Below are positions 14,101 to 33,815 of a stretch of 64,000 bases of DNA, piece by piece. Location of the stretch: NCBI RefSeq assembly GCF_009914755.1, contig NC_060928.1; one strand, 5' to 3'. This stretch comes from the human T2T-CHM13v2.0 reference genome, Homo sapiens. A program made the position numbers and the translations under genes. The notes beneath the pieces are model-generated. The model did not search any database. It worked only from the letters and a program-made list of their open reading frames with translations, and was not told the origin of the DNA. The number at the start of each line of letters is the position of its first letter. The stretch's first letter is position 1.

Positions 14101-15450
14101 ATAGTCTCAATAAATTCAAAAAAGTAGGAATTATGTCAAGTATCTCTTTTGACCACAATTGAATAACATTAGAAATTAACAACAAAAGGAACCTCAAAAA
14201 TACACAAAAATGTAGAAATTAAACAATGTGCCCCTGAACAACCATTGAGTCAATGAGCAAATTAAGAAAAAAAGTTTTAAACATTTCTTGAAACAAATGA
14301 AAATACAACATGCCAAAATCTGTAGAATATAGTAAAAGTAGTACTAAGAGGGAATTTTATAGGAAAAATATGTCTACATCAAAATAGTGGAAATATTTAA
14401 AATAAAGAATCTAAGGAAGCACCTAAAGGAACTAAAAAAGCAAAAGCAAACCAAACCTAAAATTAGCAAAATGAAAGAAAAAGTAAAGATCAGAGTAGAA
14501 ATAAATGAAATTGAGACTAAAAAATACAGAAGATCAATAAAACAAAAAGTTGCTTTTTTGAAAAGATAAAGTTGATAAACCTTTAGCTAGACTAAAAAAA
14601 AAGAAAGACCCAAATAGATAAAATCAAAAATGAAAAGGGAGACCTTTTAACTAACAGCTGAGACCAGAAGAATACAAACATTCATTAGAGACTATTGTGA
14701 AGACATATAAGCCAACAAATGGGAAAATCTAGAAGAAATGGATCAGTTCCTGGAAACATACAGCCTACCAAGATTAAACTATAATGAAGGAGAAAACTTC
14801 AACAAACCCATACTGAGCAGCATGATCAAAGCCATAATAAAAAGTCCCCCATCTTATGGCTTCCCTACTGAATTGTACCAAACACATAAAGAACTAATAA
14901 CAATTCTACTTACACTCTGCAAAAAATTGAAGAAGGAATACTTCCAAATTCATTCTATAAAGTCAACATTAACTCAATATCAAAACCAGACAAGGACACA
15001 CAAAAAAAGAAAACTACAAGCTAATATCACCAGTAAATATAGATGCAAAAATCCTCAAAAAAACACTAGCAAACACAATTCAACATTAAAAAGGTCATTT
15101 ATGATGATCAAATGCAATTCATCCCAGGGATGCAGGGGTGGTTCAACATACACAAAATACACAAAAAAATATGCAAATCATACACATGATTTCCCCAGAA
15201 TCATGTCCTGGAAAACACTCCAGGACATGATTCTGGGGAAAGATTTTTTTTGTGTGTAAGACCTCGAAAGCACAGGCAACTGAAACAAAAATAGACACAT
15301 TAAGCTGAAGAGGTTCTGCATAGCAAAGGAGAAAACAAAGGGAAGACACAATTTTCAGAATGGGAGAAAGTACTTGCTTAAATAATTCTAATAAATATTT
15401 ACATGGATTCATTAATAGATACACACATAATAGGTAAAATGCAATTACCT
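11085..15450 (+). mobile_element. L1M (L1MA-age) element: 5' UTR, ORF1 and ORF2 5' half, with an internal deletion and no 3' end
   Basis: 5' UTR start ttccaaaatgtcagtttagaagcaagctggc; ORF1 remnants ~12040-12950; EN remnants (ORF 13633 KRDKEGHHIMIKGS); ORF 14738 MDQFLETYSLPRLN; jump to distal ORF2 at ~15190. Confidence 0.85.
11140..11222. repeat. (CA)n/(GA)n compound microsatellite
   Basis: cacacacacacagaaagagaaagagagagag... Confidence 0.9.
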
Positions 15451-15520
15451 TAAATGTTAGAATATTATTTTCCAACAGTAATAGTGAGGTTGACCAGAAA
15501 TTTGTGCTCTCTCTTTCTAA

Positions 15521-15683
15521 ACATACATATATATATACACACATGTATGTATATATATATACACACATATATGTATATATATATACACACATACATGTAT
15601 ATATATACACACATATATATACACACACATGTATACATATATACACATATATATACATATTTGTAGTATATGTATATATATAT
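15521..15683. repeat. (TA)/(CA)/(TG) compound microsatellite
   Basis: Directly visible; the source of the spurious YI/HT-rich ORFs. Confidence 0.95.
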
Positions 15684-16584
15684 GAAATTTTAAAAGCAAA
15701 ACATAAGCCACAAAAACAAATGATGATGTAAAATATTCCAGAGTGTTGTGTTCTGAAGGTTCTAGAAGACAGCCTTTCCTCTTCCACCTTTTTCCTAAAA
15801 CAAACTCATCTTATTTCATGACCTGTTAAACCATTATGGAAAATTTTCCATCCACAAATATGCTGTGCAAAAGAAACATGAAAAGGATTGTATGTCATAT
15901 TTTTTTCTTGGTACTGGAACTCTTAATATATTCTCAGTTGTACAGAGGGCTTTATAAGGCATTCTAATGCATTTATTTTAGGGATTCCTGATTATTATTT
16001 TTCTGCACCTTGAAAGCTTCATGCATACACTGAGCCTCACAGCAATTGGTCCTAACATAGAATCTCTCTTTCATCCTCACAATATTAAGCTCTCCATTTG
16101 TTTGTTTCTTTGTTGTTGTTGATGTTTCTCCTATATACTTTCTGGTATTATATAGAAGTATTATTTTCTTTACATTTTTGGCTTTAACAAAAGTGTTTTG
16201 TGGCTTTTTTCCCAAATGGCTGAACTATTGTGCTTACTTGGCTTCATTGCACGTCTTTCATCTTGTTAAGTCAACAGCCTGGCAGTGGGTATAGCTGTGG
16301 AGACCATATCATAACTGATCGGAAGATTCATAAGTGGAAAATGCTAAGACAATGGTCAACAAAATTCAATGCTATTTCAAATGCTAACTAGTGTTCCCTT
16401 GCCTACTACTTTGGGTTTGTTTGATCAGAGCATTTGATTAAAATGGTTTCTTTCTTTCCTCACCCTCGTAACATGAAAAGAAAGGAAAACTAATCTGAGA
16501 GAAGAACAAGCATATACACATATACATAAATTCAATGCCAAATACAATTTCACACTTGATATTCAGTATTTTCTAAAATCCACC

Positions 16585-17183
16585 TTGCATTAATTTTCTA
16601 TTTCTATGTAACAAATCTAGCAAGTTAAAACAACACACATTTATTATCTCACAGTTTCTCAGCTTAACTGGGTCCTCTGTTTTGTGTCTTACAAGGCTGC
16701 AAACTGTTGGCCATGATCTTCATTTTCATCTGGATGCTCAACTAGGAAGCTATCCCCTCCAGGCATGTGTATGTTGCTGGCAGCCGCAGGAGTGAAGACC
16801 TCAGATTCTGACTGGCTTTTAGCTGGAGGCTGTCTTCAGGTTCTAGAGGCCAACCTCCAGAACTATGTGGCTCTCTCTAGAGGCTAACCTCTAGAACCAT
16901 GTTGCCATGTGGCTCTCTCCATAGGCAGTTCACAACATGGCAGTTTGCTTCTTCAAGCCCAGAAGGAGAGTCTCTCACAGACTGTTAAGTTAGAAATTTA
17001 CAGAATTCAAGGTCATCACAGGAGTGACACCCCATTATGTTTGCCATAATCTAATCAGAGAGTGACATCCCATCACCTTTGCCATATTCTATTCACAAGT
17101 GCACTAAAGGAATGGAGTTACACAAGGCTTGAATCCCCAGGAGGCAGGTATTAGTGGAAGCCACTCTTGGGTCTATTGACCAC
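16585..17183 (-). mobile_element. MLT1 (F/G-like) MaLR solo LTR
   Basis: ttaaaacaacacacatttattatctcacagtttc; cacaacatggcagtttgcttcttcaag; gagtgacatcccatcacctttgccatattct; ends in gaccaca. Confidence 0.85.
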
Positions 17184-18269
17184 ATCACAAATATTTAAAA
17201 AAATACTGCATTTTACCTAGAAGTTACAGTGTGTGTTTCAAAATATTTTGAAGAAAAAAGATGACATATTCTAAACCCATCTAGGTACAAGACAGAAAGG
17301 TACTATTTTATTAAAAATACAATATGTGGAATTGTTTTTATGCCTCTTTAAATCACTTATTTCTCCTTTTATCATCTAAAAAAATGACTATGATTTTGTT
17401 ATTTTCTTTGCCTTCCCATAAGGTTAATTACAGCAAATATATTTCTATGTGTCTTATTAAGATTATAATTTTGAAAACATATAATTGAAGGCATAAATCA
17501 AATTTTAATTATTTAATTTTAAGAAAATATAGAAATAGCATTTTCAGTAAGTAAGATCTAATAAACACAGAACACTACTCCAGGTGCACTGGCCTTCTAT
17601 TTCTTTTAACACCCCTGTGGTATTTCATTATATGTCTGATAATATCTCATTTCCAAAAGGTAACCTCAAGGACTCAACCAGAGTTGGATCTACCACGTGT
17701 ATGAAGAATCAAGGATACTTTTAAATTTCCCTGATTCATCTTACAAACTCCAGATATCCATAATGATTCTGTGTTGGATGTGATTCTATTGCAAAAACAA
17801 AGGCTATCAGATACCCCATTGGAATATGCCAATCTTTACCATATAGAATCTCCAGGGGAGTGCTTTCGCTTCACACAGAGAAACAGAAGAAATGACAGAT
17901 TTCTGCACTCTGTGTCAATTTCATTGTTATAAGTTACTCCCTACTGGCAGAACAGTTACTTTGGAAATGAGATAAAATTGAGACAGCCAAATGAATATGG
18001 CCTTCCCATATAAGCATATTCAATAAAATATCAGTCATGGCTTAGATATTTATGCCAGTGGTTTTATACATTAAAGAACTTGTTAAACTAGCCTTTCCAA
18101 GGAGTCGGGCTGCTCTATTTCAGCAAGTGAACCTATGCCATCACTGTGAGATCACTTCCCTTTCTTGTTTGCTCAGTTTAAGCACATTCTTTACACTGCT
18201 TAAATTCTGGAAAAGATTGCTGAGAACAGATAGGATTTCAATATAGGCAGAATAATATTTTTCCTCTGC

Positions 18270-18420
18270 TTGTTATTGTTTCTGAGTATGTAAAATGGTA
18301 TAATAATAATGTTTCCTTGTGGGGGTAATTGTAAGAATGAAATAAAATTTTGCATACATAGCAATAAGAAGAGTCCCTGTTGTATAATAAGCCCTTAATA
18401 AATAGTGGCTAATGTTATTG
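18270..18420 (+). mobile_element. MIR 3' half
   Basis: tgtaaaatggtataataataat..ttgtaagaatgaaataaa..taagcccttaataaatagtggcta. Confidence 0.7.
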
Positions 18421-21400
18421 TAAATTGTGAATTTAGAGATCAAGTATTTGATTTTTTATTTTTTAAATTTATTATTTCTTTAAATATTTTACTGATACGT
18501 AATAATTACATATATTTATAGAGTAAAATGTGATATTTAATACATGTATATGTTGTGTAATGATTGATTCAGAGTATTTAGGAATATTCATCACCTTGAA
18601 CATTTATTGTTTCTTTGTACAGGGAACATTTCACATCGTCTCTCCTAGTTATCTTGAAAAATACAATGCATTATTGTTAACTGTGGTCATCCAACTGTGC
18701 TATAGAACACTACAAATTATTCCTTCTATCTAACTGTATGTTTATACTCATTAAGCAACTTCCTTTCCTGGGCGCCATACACCCTTCTCAGCCTCTAGTG
18801 AATATCATTTTAGTCTCTACCTCTATGAAATAAAGTTTTTAGCTCCCACATATGAATGAGAACATGCAATATTTGTCTTTCTATTTCCGGCTTATTTAAC
18901 TTACCATAATAACCTTTAGTTCCATTCATGTTGCAGCAAATAACAGGATTTCATTTTTTGTGTGTGGTTGAATAGTATTCTGTTGTGTATACATACCACA
19001 TTTTCTGTATCCTAAGTTGATGGAAATTTAAAATGATTTCATATCTTGGCTATAAAATATGAGAGTAAAGCTATCCTTTTGATACACTGAGTTCCTTTCC
19101 TCAGGATAAATACCCAGTGGAGGGATTGCTGAACAAAACAGTACTATTTTTAGTCTTTGGAGGAACTTCCCTACTGTTTTCTGTAGGGACAGTATTAATT
19201 TGCATTCCCACCAAAGGCGTACAAGGGTTCCCCTTCTTTACATCCTTGCCAGCATTTGTTATTCCCTGTCTTTGACAAAAGCCATTTTAACTTGGGTGAG
19301 ATGATATCACATTGTGGTTTTGATTTGCATTTCCCTGATGACTACATATGTTAAGCATTTTTTCATGAACCTGTTAGCCATTTGTATATCTTTTGAGAAG
19401 TATCCATTCAGAACCTTTACCCACTTTTACTGGGACTTTTTTTTTTCCTTTTTTTTTTTTTTTACTGTAGAGTTTCTCGTATCTTCAGGATATTCGTCCC
19501 CTATGAGATGAATATATTCTCCCATTCAAGAAGCTGTATCTTCATTGGTTGACTGTTTTGTTTGCTGTGCAGAAATGTTTAGTTTAATATAGTCTCCTTT
19601 TTTTCTATTTTTGTTTTTGTTGTCTGTGCTTTTGAGGTCTTAGTCATAAAATTATTCCCTAGACTAATGGCTTGAAGCATTTCACTTATGTTTTCTACTG
19701 TAAGTTTTACCATTTTGATATTATGTTCAAGTCTTCAACCAATTTTAGTTGACTTTTGTATATATGGCAAGAGATAGGGGTCTATTTCATTCTTGTGAAT
19801 ATGCATGCCCGCTTTCCCCAGCACCATTTATTGAAGAGAATGTCCTTTCCCCAATGAATATTCCAAGTGCTCTTGTCAAAACTCAGTTGGCTGTAAATGG
19901 GTGGGTTATTTCTAGGTTTCCTATTCTGTTCCAATGGTTTATGTGTCTATTTTTATATCAATACCATGTTGTTTTCATTCCTATAGCTATGTAGTATAAT
20001 TTGAGGTCAGGGAGTGTGATGCTCCCTGCTTTGTTCTTTTCATTCAAGATTGCTTTGGCTAATTGGAATCTTCAGTGGTTCTACACAAATTTTAGAAGTA
20101 GCTTTTTTCTATTTCTTTGAAGAATGTCACTAGTATTTGATAAGGATTGCACTGAATTGTATATAGCTTTGAGTAGTATGATCATATTAATTCTTCCTAT
20201 CCATGAGCATGGAATGCCCTTCAATGTTGTGTGTGGATTCTCCTTAATTTCTTTCATCAGTGTTCTGTAGTATTACTTGTAAAGATTTTTCATGTCTTTG
20301 GTTAAATTTATTCCTGTGTATTTTATTAATTTTTGTAGCTATTATAAGTGAGATTGCTTTCTTGATTTCTTTTTCAACTATTTCGTTGTTGGTGTATAAA
20401 AATGCTAGTGAGTTTTATATGCTGATTTATATCCTGCAATTGACTCAATTAGTTTATCCATTCTAACAGTTTTTTGGTGGTCTGTACGTTTAGCTATATT
20501 TAAGATTATGTCATCATCAAAAAGGGACAACTTGACTTGCTCTTTTCCAATTTGGATGCCTTTTATTTCTTTTTCATCCCTGATTTCTCTAGCTAGGACT
20601 TGTGGTACTATGTTGAATAAAAATTATAAGAGTGAGTATCTGTGCCTTGTTCCAGGTCTTAAAGGAAAGGCTTATAAGTTTATTCATTAAGTATAATGTT
20701 AGCTGTGGGTTTGTCTAGTAAGGCCCATAGTATTTTGAGGTATGTTCTTCTATGACTATGTTAGTGAGAGTTTTTATTATAAAAGGACGTTGAATTTTAT
20801 CAAATGTTCTAGGAGCAAGATGGCAGAATACAAGGATCCATCAATCATCGCCCTATGCAAGGATACCAATTTAACAACTATTTACAAATAAAAACACCTT
20901 CGTAAAAACCAAAAACCAGGTGAGGCTTCATAGTACCTTGTTTCATCATCACATCAATGAAAAAGACACCGAAGCTAAAAAAACAGTCTTGAATCACCGA
21001 TGCTACCCCTCCACCATTGCCTGCAGTGGTGATGTGGTGCAAAAGGCATCTCTGGGTGCTGCAAGAGGGAGAGAACAGCAATTTTGAAGCATCAAACCCA
21101 GTGCTGTCCTGTTATAGCAAAAAGGAAAACCAGACCAAATTCAGCTGATGCCCACCCACGGAGGAAACATTTAAACTAGCCCTAGCCAGAGGGGAATAGC
21201 CAATGCCAGGTGTCAGAAATTAAGTTCCCACAAACCTTGCCACTGTGGGCCAAAAGGATCTCTAAGTAAATTAAAAAGGTGGTCTAGGCCGCAAGAATTA
21301 CAACTCTTAGGTAAGTCCTGGTGCTGAAGACATGAGCTGGGGAGGCTAAGGGAATGCTGGCATCACCCCTCACCTACCCCAGGCTGCACAGCTCACCACC

Positions 21401-24400
21401 CCAAAAGAGACCCCTTCCTTCCATTTGAGGAGAGGAGAGGGAAGAGTTGGGAGCATTTTGTCTTGTATCTTGAATACTAGTTTAGCCACAGCAGGATAGG
21501 GCACTGGTAAGAGTCATGAAGGCCCTATTCCAGGACCTGGCTCCCAGAAGACATTTCTAGACATACTCTGGGCCAGTCGGGAGCCTGTTGCCTTAAAGGG
21601 AAACACCCAGTCCTAGCAGTATTCATCACCTGCTAAGTGAAAAGCCCTTGGGCCCTGAATAACCAGCAGTGATACCCTGATACTAAATCAAGGGCCTTCG
21701 TTGAGTCTCAGACTTGCTGGCTTCAAGTACCAGCATGGCCAAAGGGATGTATAGCACCAAGTGGCCTCTGAGGGCCCCTGATTCCAGGAAATGACTCTGA
21801 CCTGCACTTCTGCACCTGCCCTGGAACAGAGGGGACCCCACTGCCCTGAAGGGTGAGTCCTAGGTCAGGCAGCATTTACCACAAGCCGCTTTAAGAGCAA
21901 ATGGGCCTTAAGGGAACATCAGTGATATTCTGACAGTACTTCCCATGGCCTTTGGTGACAGTGGCTATGGAGTGATGCTTCTCTGCCTTTGAAGAGGAGA
22001 GGGAAGGGTGGGAAGGACTGCGTCTTGTGGTTTGAGTACCAGCTCAGCCACACTACAACAGAATACCAGGCACACTTCTAAGGTTTTTTACTCTAGTCCT
22101 TGGCTCTTGGACAGCACCTCTGTACCCACCTGGGGCCTGGAGAACTCATTACTCTAAAGGGAAGAACACAGGCCTGTCTGGCTTTGCCACCTGCTGATTG
22201 TAGAGCCTCAGGACCTTGAGCAAACCTATGTAGTAGCCAGTGAGTGGTTGCATCAGGCCTTGGGTGAAACCCAGTGCTGTGCTGTCTTCAGGCGTGACCC
22301 AGCACAGTCATAGTGGTGGTGGCCACAGGAGTACTGTGTTACTCCACACTCAGCTTTAGATGTCTTAAGAAACAGAGAGACAAACTCTGTTTGTTTGGGA
22401 GAAATTAAGGGAAAAGAACCAGAGTATCTGCCTGGTAATCCAGTGAATTCTCAAATATTGTGCAAGACCATCAAGGCAGAACCTCTACAAGTCTGTGAGA
22501 ACCACAGGGTTACCGGACTTAAGGTGCTCCCTAACAAACATACAACTTAGATGACAATCCTCATGTTCTTTCAAATATCTGGAAGCCTTCCTAAGAAGGA
22601 TGAGTACAAGCAAGTTCAGACAGTGAAGACAACAATAAATACCTAACTCTTCAATGCCCAGACACCAGAGAACATCTACTAGCATCAACACCATCCAGGA
22701 AAACATGACCTAAACAAATGAACTAAATAAGGCATCAGAGACCAGCCTTGCAGAAACAGAGATATTTGATTTTTCAGACAGATAATTCCAAATAGCTGTA
22801 TTGAGGAAACTCAAAGATATTCAAGATAACACAGAGAAAGAATTCAGAATTATATCAGATAAATTTAACAAAGAGATTGAAGTGATTTTTTTTTAAAATC
22901 AAGCAGAAATGCTGGAGATGAAAAATGCAATTGGCATACTGGGGAATGCATCGGAGTTCTTTAATAACAGAATAGATCAAGCAAAAGAAAGAATTAGTGA
23001 GCTTGAAGACAGACAACTTAGAAATATACAAAAGAGACAAAAGAAAAATGAATAAAAAAGAATGAAACATGACTATAGGTTGTAGAAAATAGCCTCAAAA
23101 GGGCAAATCTAAGAGTTATTGTCCTTAAAGAGGAGGTAGAGAGAGAGACAGAGACAGAAATTTATTCAAATGGGATAATAACAGAAAACTTTGGAAACCT
23201 AGAGAAATATATCAATATCCAAGTACAACCAGGTTATAGAACACCAAGAAGATTTAACCGAAAGAAGATTATCTCAAGGCATTTAATAATGGGTATAAAG
23301 TTAAGGCACATAGCTGTTATTAGTTTTCTCATTGCTTGTTTGATTAGTTATGCAAACAATATTAAGTTGCTACCAAGTTAAAATAATGGGTTATAAGTAA
23401 TATTTGCAAGTCTCATGGTAACCTAAAATCAAAACACATATGATGGACACACAAAAAAGGAAAAGATAAAACTAAATCATAACACAAGAAAAAAATTACC
23501 TTAACTAAAGGAAGACAGGAAGGAAAGGAAAAAGAAACAGAAGACCACAAACAACCAAAAAATGAATAATAAAATGGCAGGAATAAGTCCTTACTTATCA
23601 ATAACACTGAATGTAAATGGACTAAGCATCCAAGTAAAAAACATAGAGTAACTAAATGGAAGTAAAAACAAGACCCATTGATCTGTTGCCTACAAGAAAC
23701 ACATTTCACCTATAAAGACACACATAGACTGAAAATAAAGAGATGGAAAAAGATATTCCATGCAAATAAAAAACAAAAAAGAACAGAAGTAGTTATATCA
23801 TGAAAAATAGATTTCAGGACAAAAACTATAAAAATGGACAAATAAGGTCACTATATAATAATAAAAGGGTCAATTCAGCAAGAGGATATAATAATTTTAA
23901 ATATACATGCACCAAACCCTGGAGCACCTAGATATATAAAACAAACATTATTAAAGCTAAAGAGAGAGATGGTTCTCAATACAATAATAGCTGGAGATTT
24001 CAACACCCCACTTTCAGTGTTGGACAGATCTTTCAGAAAGAAAATCAGCAATAATTGGACATAATCCATACTAGACCAAATAGATCTAATAGATATTTAC
24101 TGAACATTTCATCCAAAGACTCAGAATGCAAAATTTTCCCTTGGTACATAGATCATTCTTAAGGATAGACCATATGTTAGGTCACAAAATAAATCATAAA
24201 ATATTCAAAAAAAATGAAACAAAAATGAAATAAGATCCTTCTTTTTGGCCACATGCAATAAAACTAGAAATCAATAACAGGAATTTTAGAAACTATACAA
24301 ATATATGAAAATTAAACAATACACTCCTGAATGACCAGTGGGTCAATAAAGAAATTAAGAAGAAATTGAAAAATGTCTTAAAACAAATGATAATGTAAAC

Positions 24401-25062
24401 ACAACATACCATAACCTGGAGGATACAGCAAGAGTAGTACTAGGAGAAAAAGTTATAGCTCGAAGTGCCTATATCAAAAAAGAAGGAAAACTTCAAATAA
24501 ACAACCTAATGAATCATCTTAATAAACTAGAAAGGCAAGAGCAAACCAAACCCAAGATTAGTAGAAAAAATAAAGATCACAGCAGAAATAAATGAAATTA
24601 AAATGAAGAATAAAATACAAAAGTTTAATGAAACAAAAAGGTGGTATTTTGACAAGTTAAACAAAATTAACAAACTTTTAGCCAGACTAAGAGGCAAAGA
24701 GAGAAGATCCAAATACATACAATCAGAAATGGAAGAGAAAACATTACACCTGATACTACAGACATTCAAAGAATTATTAGTGGCTACTAAGAACGACTAT
24801 AATGCTAATAAATTGGAAAATCTAGAAGAAATGGGCAAATTCCTAAACACATAAAACCTACAAAGATTGAACCAGAAAGAAATCCAAAACACAAACAGAC
24901 TATTAACAAATAATGAGATCAAAGCCATAACAAAAAGTCTCCCAGTAAAGAACAGCTTAGAACCCAATGGCTTCACTGACAAATTCTACCAAGCATTTAA
25001 AGAATAACGAAAGTCAATCCTACTCAAATTATTTTGAAAAATAGAGGAATAGAGAATACTTA

Positions 25063-25691
25063 TGATAGTGACAAGAGACAGACAAATTCTTAGGCAGACA
25101 TGGATGGGTCCCCATAAAAATCAACCTTCAAGCCAAGGACAGTTTAAATCCTGAAAACAGAATTGCTGGTTCCAGACAAAGTCTATGACCAGAGTGAGAA
25201 CTTCCATCCCTGTCTTACCCACTCTCTCTCAACTGGTTTCTTCTGAATGATGACTTTTACCCAACTGAATATTGCTTTGTCCAAACCCACTCCCCCATTA
25301 TAAACCCATATGAACCTTGGATTCAGACACAGATGGCTATCTGCTTTCAGGTTCCCTCTCAATGCTGAGAGCTTTCTTTCTGTCACTCAGTAAAATTCTA
25401 CTCTGCCTTAATTACTCTCCAGTGTTCACATACCTTATTCTTATTGGTCATGGGACAAGAACCTGGAACTTGCCATACTGTGCAAGCAAAAGAGCTGTAA
25501 TGCTCCTGCTTGCTGAGCTGTGGGTGGTGGGAATAAAAGAGCTGTAATATTCCCTCCTGCTAATCAAACAATGGGAAAGAGGAAGACACTGGCCATCACA
25601 CCCTCCCACTCATCAAGCTACAAGAATAAAGAAGCTGTTGGGTGCCACTTTCTTCTACTTGCTGAACTATAGGAGCAAAAAAGCTGCAACA
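25063..25691 (+). mobile_element. ERV1 solo LTR (LTR27/LTR28-like, MER52 group) inside L1MA2 ORF2
   Basis: TG..CA ends, tataaa box, agtaaa poly(A) signal, repeated gagctgtaa units; 4-bp TSD CTTA/CTTC interrupting the L1 sequence gaatacttcc. Confidence 0.8.
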
Positions 25692-26361
25692 CTTCCATAC
25701 TCATTCCATGAGGCCAGTATTACCAAAGACAACATCAAAAAATGTTTTGATAAATTTTGATAACAAAACCAAAGACACATCAAAAAAAGAAAACCATAAG
25801 CCAATGTCTCTGATGCAAAAATCCTTAGCAAACTGAATTCATAGTACGTTAGAATGAATGTTCATCACAACCAAGTGGGATTTATCCCTAGAATGCAAAG
25901 ATAGTTCAATATACACAAATCAATCAATGTGATACACATTCTCAAAAGAAAAATAATAAAAAACATATTGTTCTTTCAATTGATGCTGAAAAAGCTTTTA
26001 ATAAAATTTAACATCCATTCATAATTTTAAAAAATTCTCAAAAAACTGAGGACAGAAAACATATCTTAACATAATGAAATCCATATATAACAGAACCACA
26101 ACTAGTATCATACTGAATGAGCAAAAGCTGAAAGCCTTTCCCTTAAGATCTGGAACATGACAAGGATGCCCACTTTCAACAGTTATTCAAAATACTCTTG
26201 GAAGTCCTAGTTAGAGCAATCAGACAAGAGAAATAAATAAAAAGCATCCAAACTGGAAAGGAAGAAATCAAATTTTTTTTGGTGCAGATAATGTGACCTT
26301 TTATTTGGAAAATCCTAAGGACTCTATCAAAAAAAGTTCAAGAACTGATAAAAAGATTCAG

Positions 26362-31250
<4,889 letters not shown>

Positions 31251-33278
31251 GAAAATTCAGTGAAGTTGCAGGATACAAAATCAATATACAGAAATCAGTA
31301 CTCCTCCTGTAAGCCAGCAGTGAGCAATCCGAAAGCAAAATAAAAAAGTAATCCCATCTACAATAGCCACACAAAATTAAATACCTAGGAATTAGTCAAA
31401 AAAGTGGAAGATCTATATAATAAAAACCATAAAACACTGTTGAAAGAAATTGAAGACACCAAAAAAGGGAAAAATATTGCATGTTCATGGATTGGAAGGA
31501 TCAATATCATTAAAAGGTCCCTCCTACCCAAAGCAATCTATAAATTCAATTCAATCCCCATCAAAATTCCAATGATATTCTTCACAGAAATAGAAAAAAA
31601 AAATCCTAAAATTTATACAGAACTTCAAAAGTCTCAGAATACCATAAGGCATACTAAGCAAAAAGAACCTAACTGGAGGAATCACACTACCTGACTTCAA
31701 ATTATACTATAGAGCTCTGATAAGCAAAACAGCAGGGTTCTGGCATAAAAACACACAGACCAGAGGAATAGAATAGAGAATCCAGAAATAAATCCACAAA
31801 CCTACAGTGAATGCATTTTTGACAAACGTGCCAGGAACATACATTGGGGAAAAGACATTATCTTCAATAAATGGTACTGGGGAACCTGGACATCCGTTTG
31901 TGAAAAAATGAATCTAGACCCCTATCTGTTGCCATATACAAAAAAAAATGAAATCACAATGTATTAAAGACATAAACCTAAGACTGCAAACTATGAAACT
32001 AGTACAAAAACCACTGGGGAAAATCCCCAGGACATTGGTCTGGGCAAAAATTTACTGAGCAATACCCTAGAAGCACAGGCAATCAAAACAAAAATGGACA
32101 GGACAAATGGGATCACATCAAGTTAAAAAGCTTCTGTACAGCAAAGGAAACAATCAATAAAGTGGAGATACAACCCGCAGAATGGGAGAAAATATTTGCA
32201 AGCTACACATCTGTCAAGGGATTAATAACCAGAATATATATGAAACTCAAACAACTCTATAGGATAAAAGCTAACAATCTGATCAAAGCATGGAACAAAG
32301 ATGTGAATGGAGAATTCTCAAAGAAGACATACACATGGCAAACAGGCATGTGAAAAGGTGCTCGACATCACTGATCATCAGAAAAATGCAAATCAACACT
32401 ACAATGAGATACCACCTCACCCCAGTTAAAATGGCTTATATTCAAAAGACAGGCAATAACAAATGCTGGTGAGGACGTGGAGAAAAGGGAACCCTTGTAC
32501 GCTGTTGGTGGGAATGTAAATAAGTACAATCACTAGGGAGAACAGTTTGGAATTTTGTCAAAAAACTAAAAATAGAGCTACCACATGATCCAGCAATTTC
32601 ACTACTGGGTATATAACCAAAAGAAAGGAAATTAGTATGTCTAAGAGATATCTGCACTCCTATGTTTGCTGCAACACTGTTCACAGTAGCCAAGATTTGG
32701 AAGCTATTTGTATCCATCAATATATGAATGGATAAAGCAAATGTGGTACACATAAACAATGGAGTACTATTCAGCTATGAAAAAGAATGTGATCCTGACA
32801 TTTGCAATGAGGTGGATGGAACTGGAGATCATTACATTAAGTAAAATAAGCCAGGCTCAGAAAGAAAAACATTGCATGTTCTCACTTATTTGTGGGATCA
32901 ACAAATTAAAACAATTGATCTCATGTACAGAGAGTAGAAGAATAGTTACCAGAGGCAGGGAAGGGTAGTAAGGGGCTGGGGAGAGATAGGGATTGTTAAT
33001 GAGTACCAAAAAAGTAGTTAGAAACAATGAATAAGACCTACTATTTGACAGCACAACAGGGTGACTACAGTCAATAATAGTTTTATAATTTCAACTAACT
33101 AAAAGGGTGTAATTAGATTGTTTCTAACACAAAAGATACATGCTTGAGGGGATAGACACAGCATTCTTCATGATGTGACTACTTCACATTGCATACCTGT
33201 AATCAAAATTTCTCATGCATCCTATAAATATATACACCTATTAAGTACCTACAAAATTTTTTTTTAAATGTAATTGTA

Positions 33279-33815
<537 letters not shown>

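Noticed and set aside
15143-15787. 214-aa and overlapping YI/HT-rich ORFs
   Set aside because: Translations of a TA/CA microsatellite plus antisense L1.
21420-22300. ~570-bp-period internal repeat (aggagagggaag..gtcttg..cagccaca)
   Set aside because: An internal duplication intrinsic to this L1M 5' UTR type.
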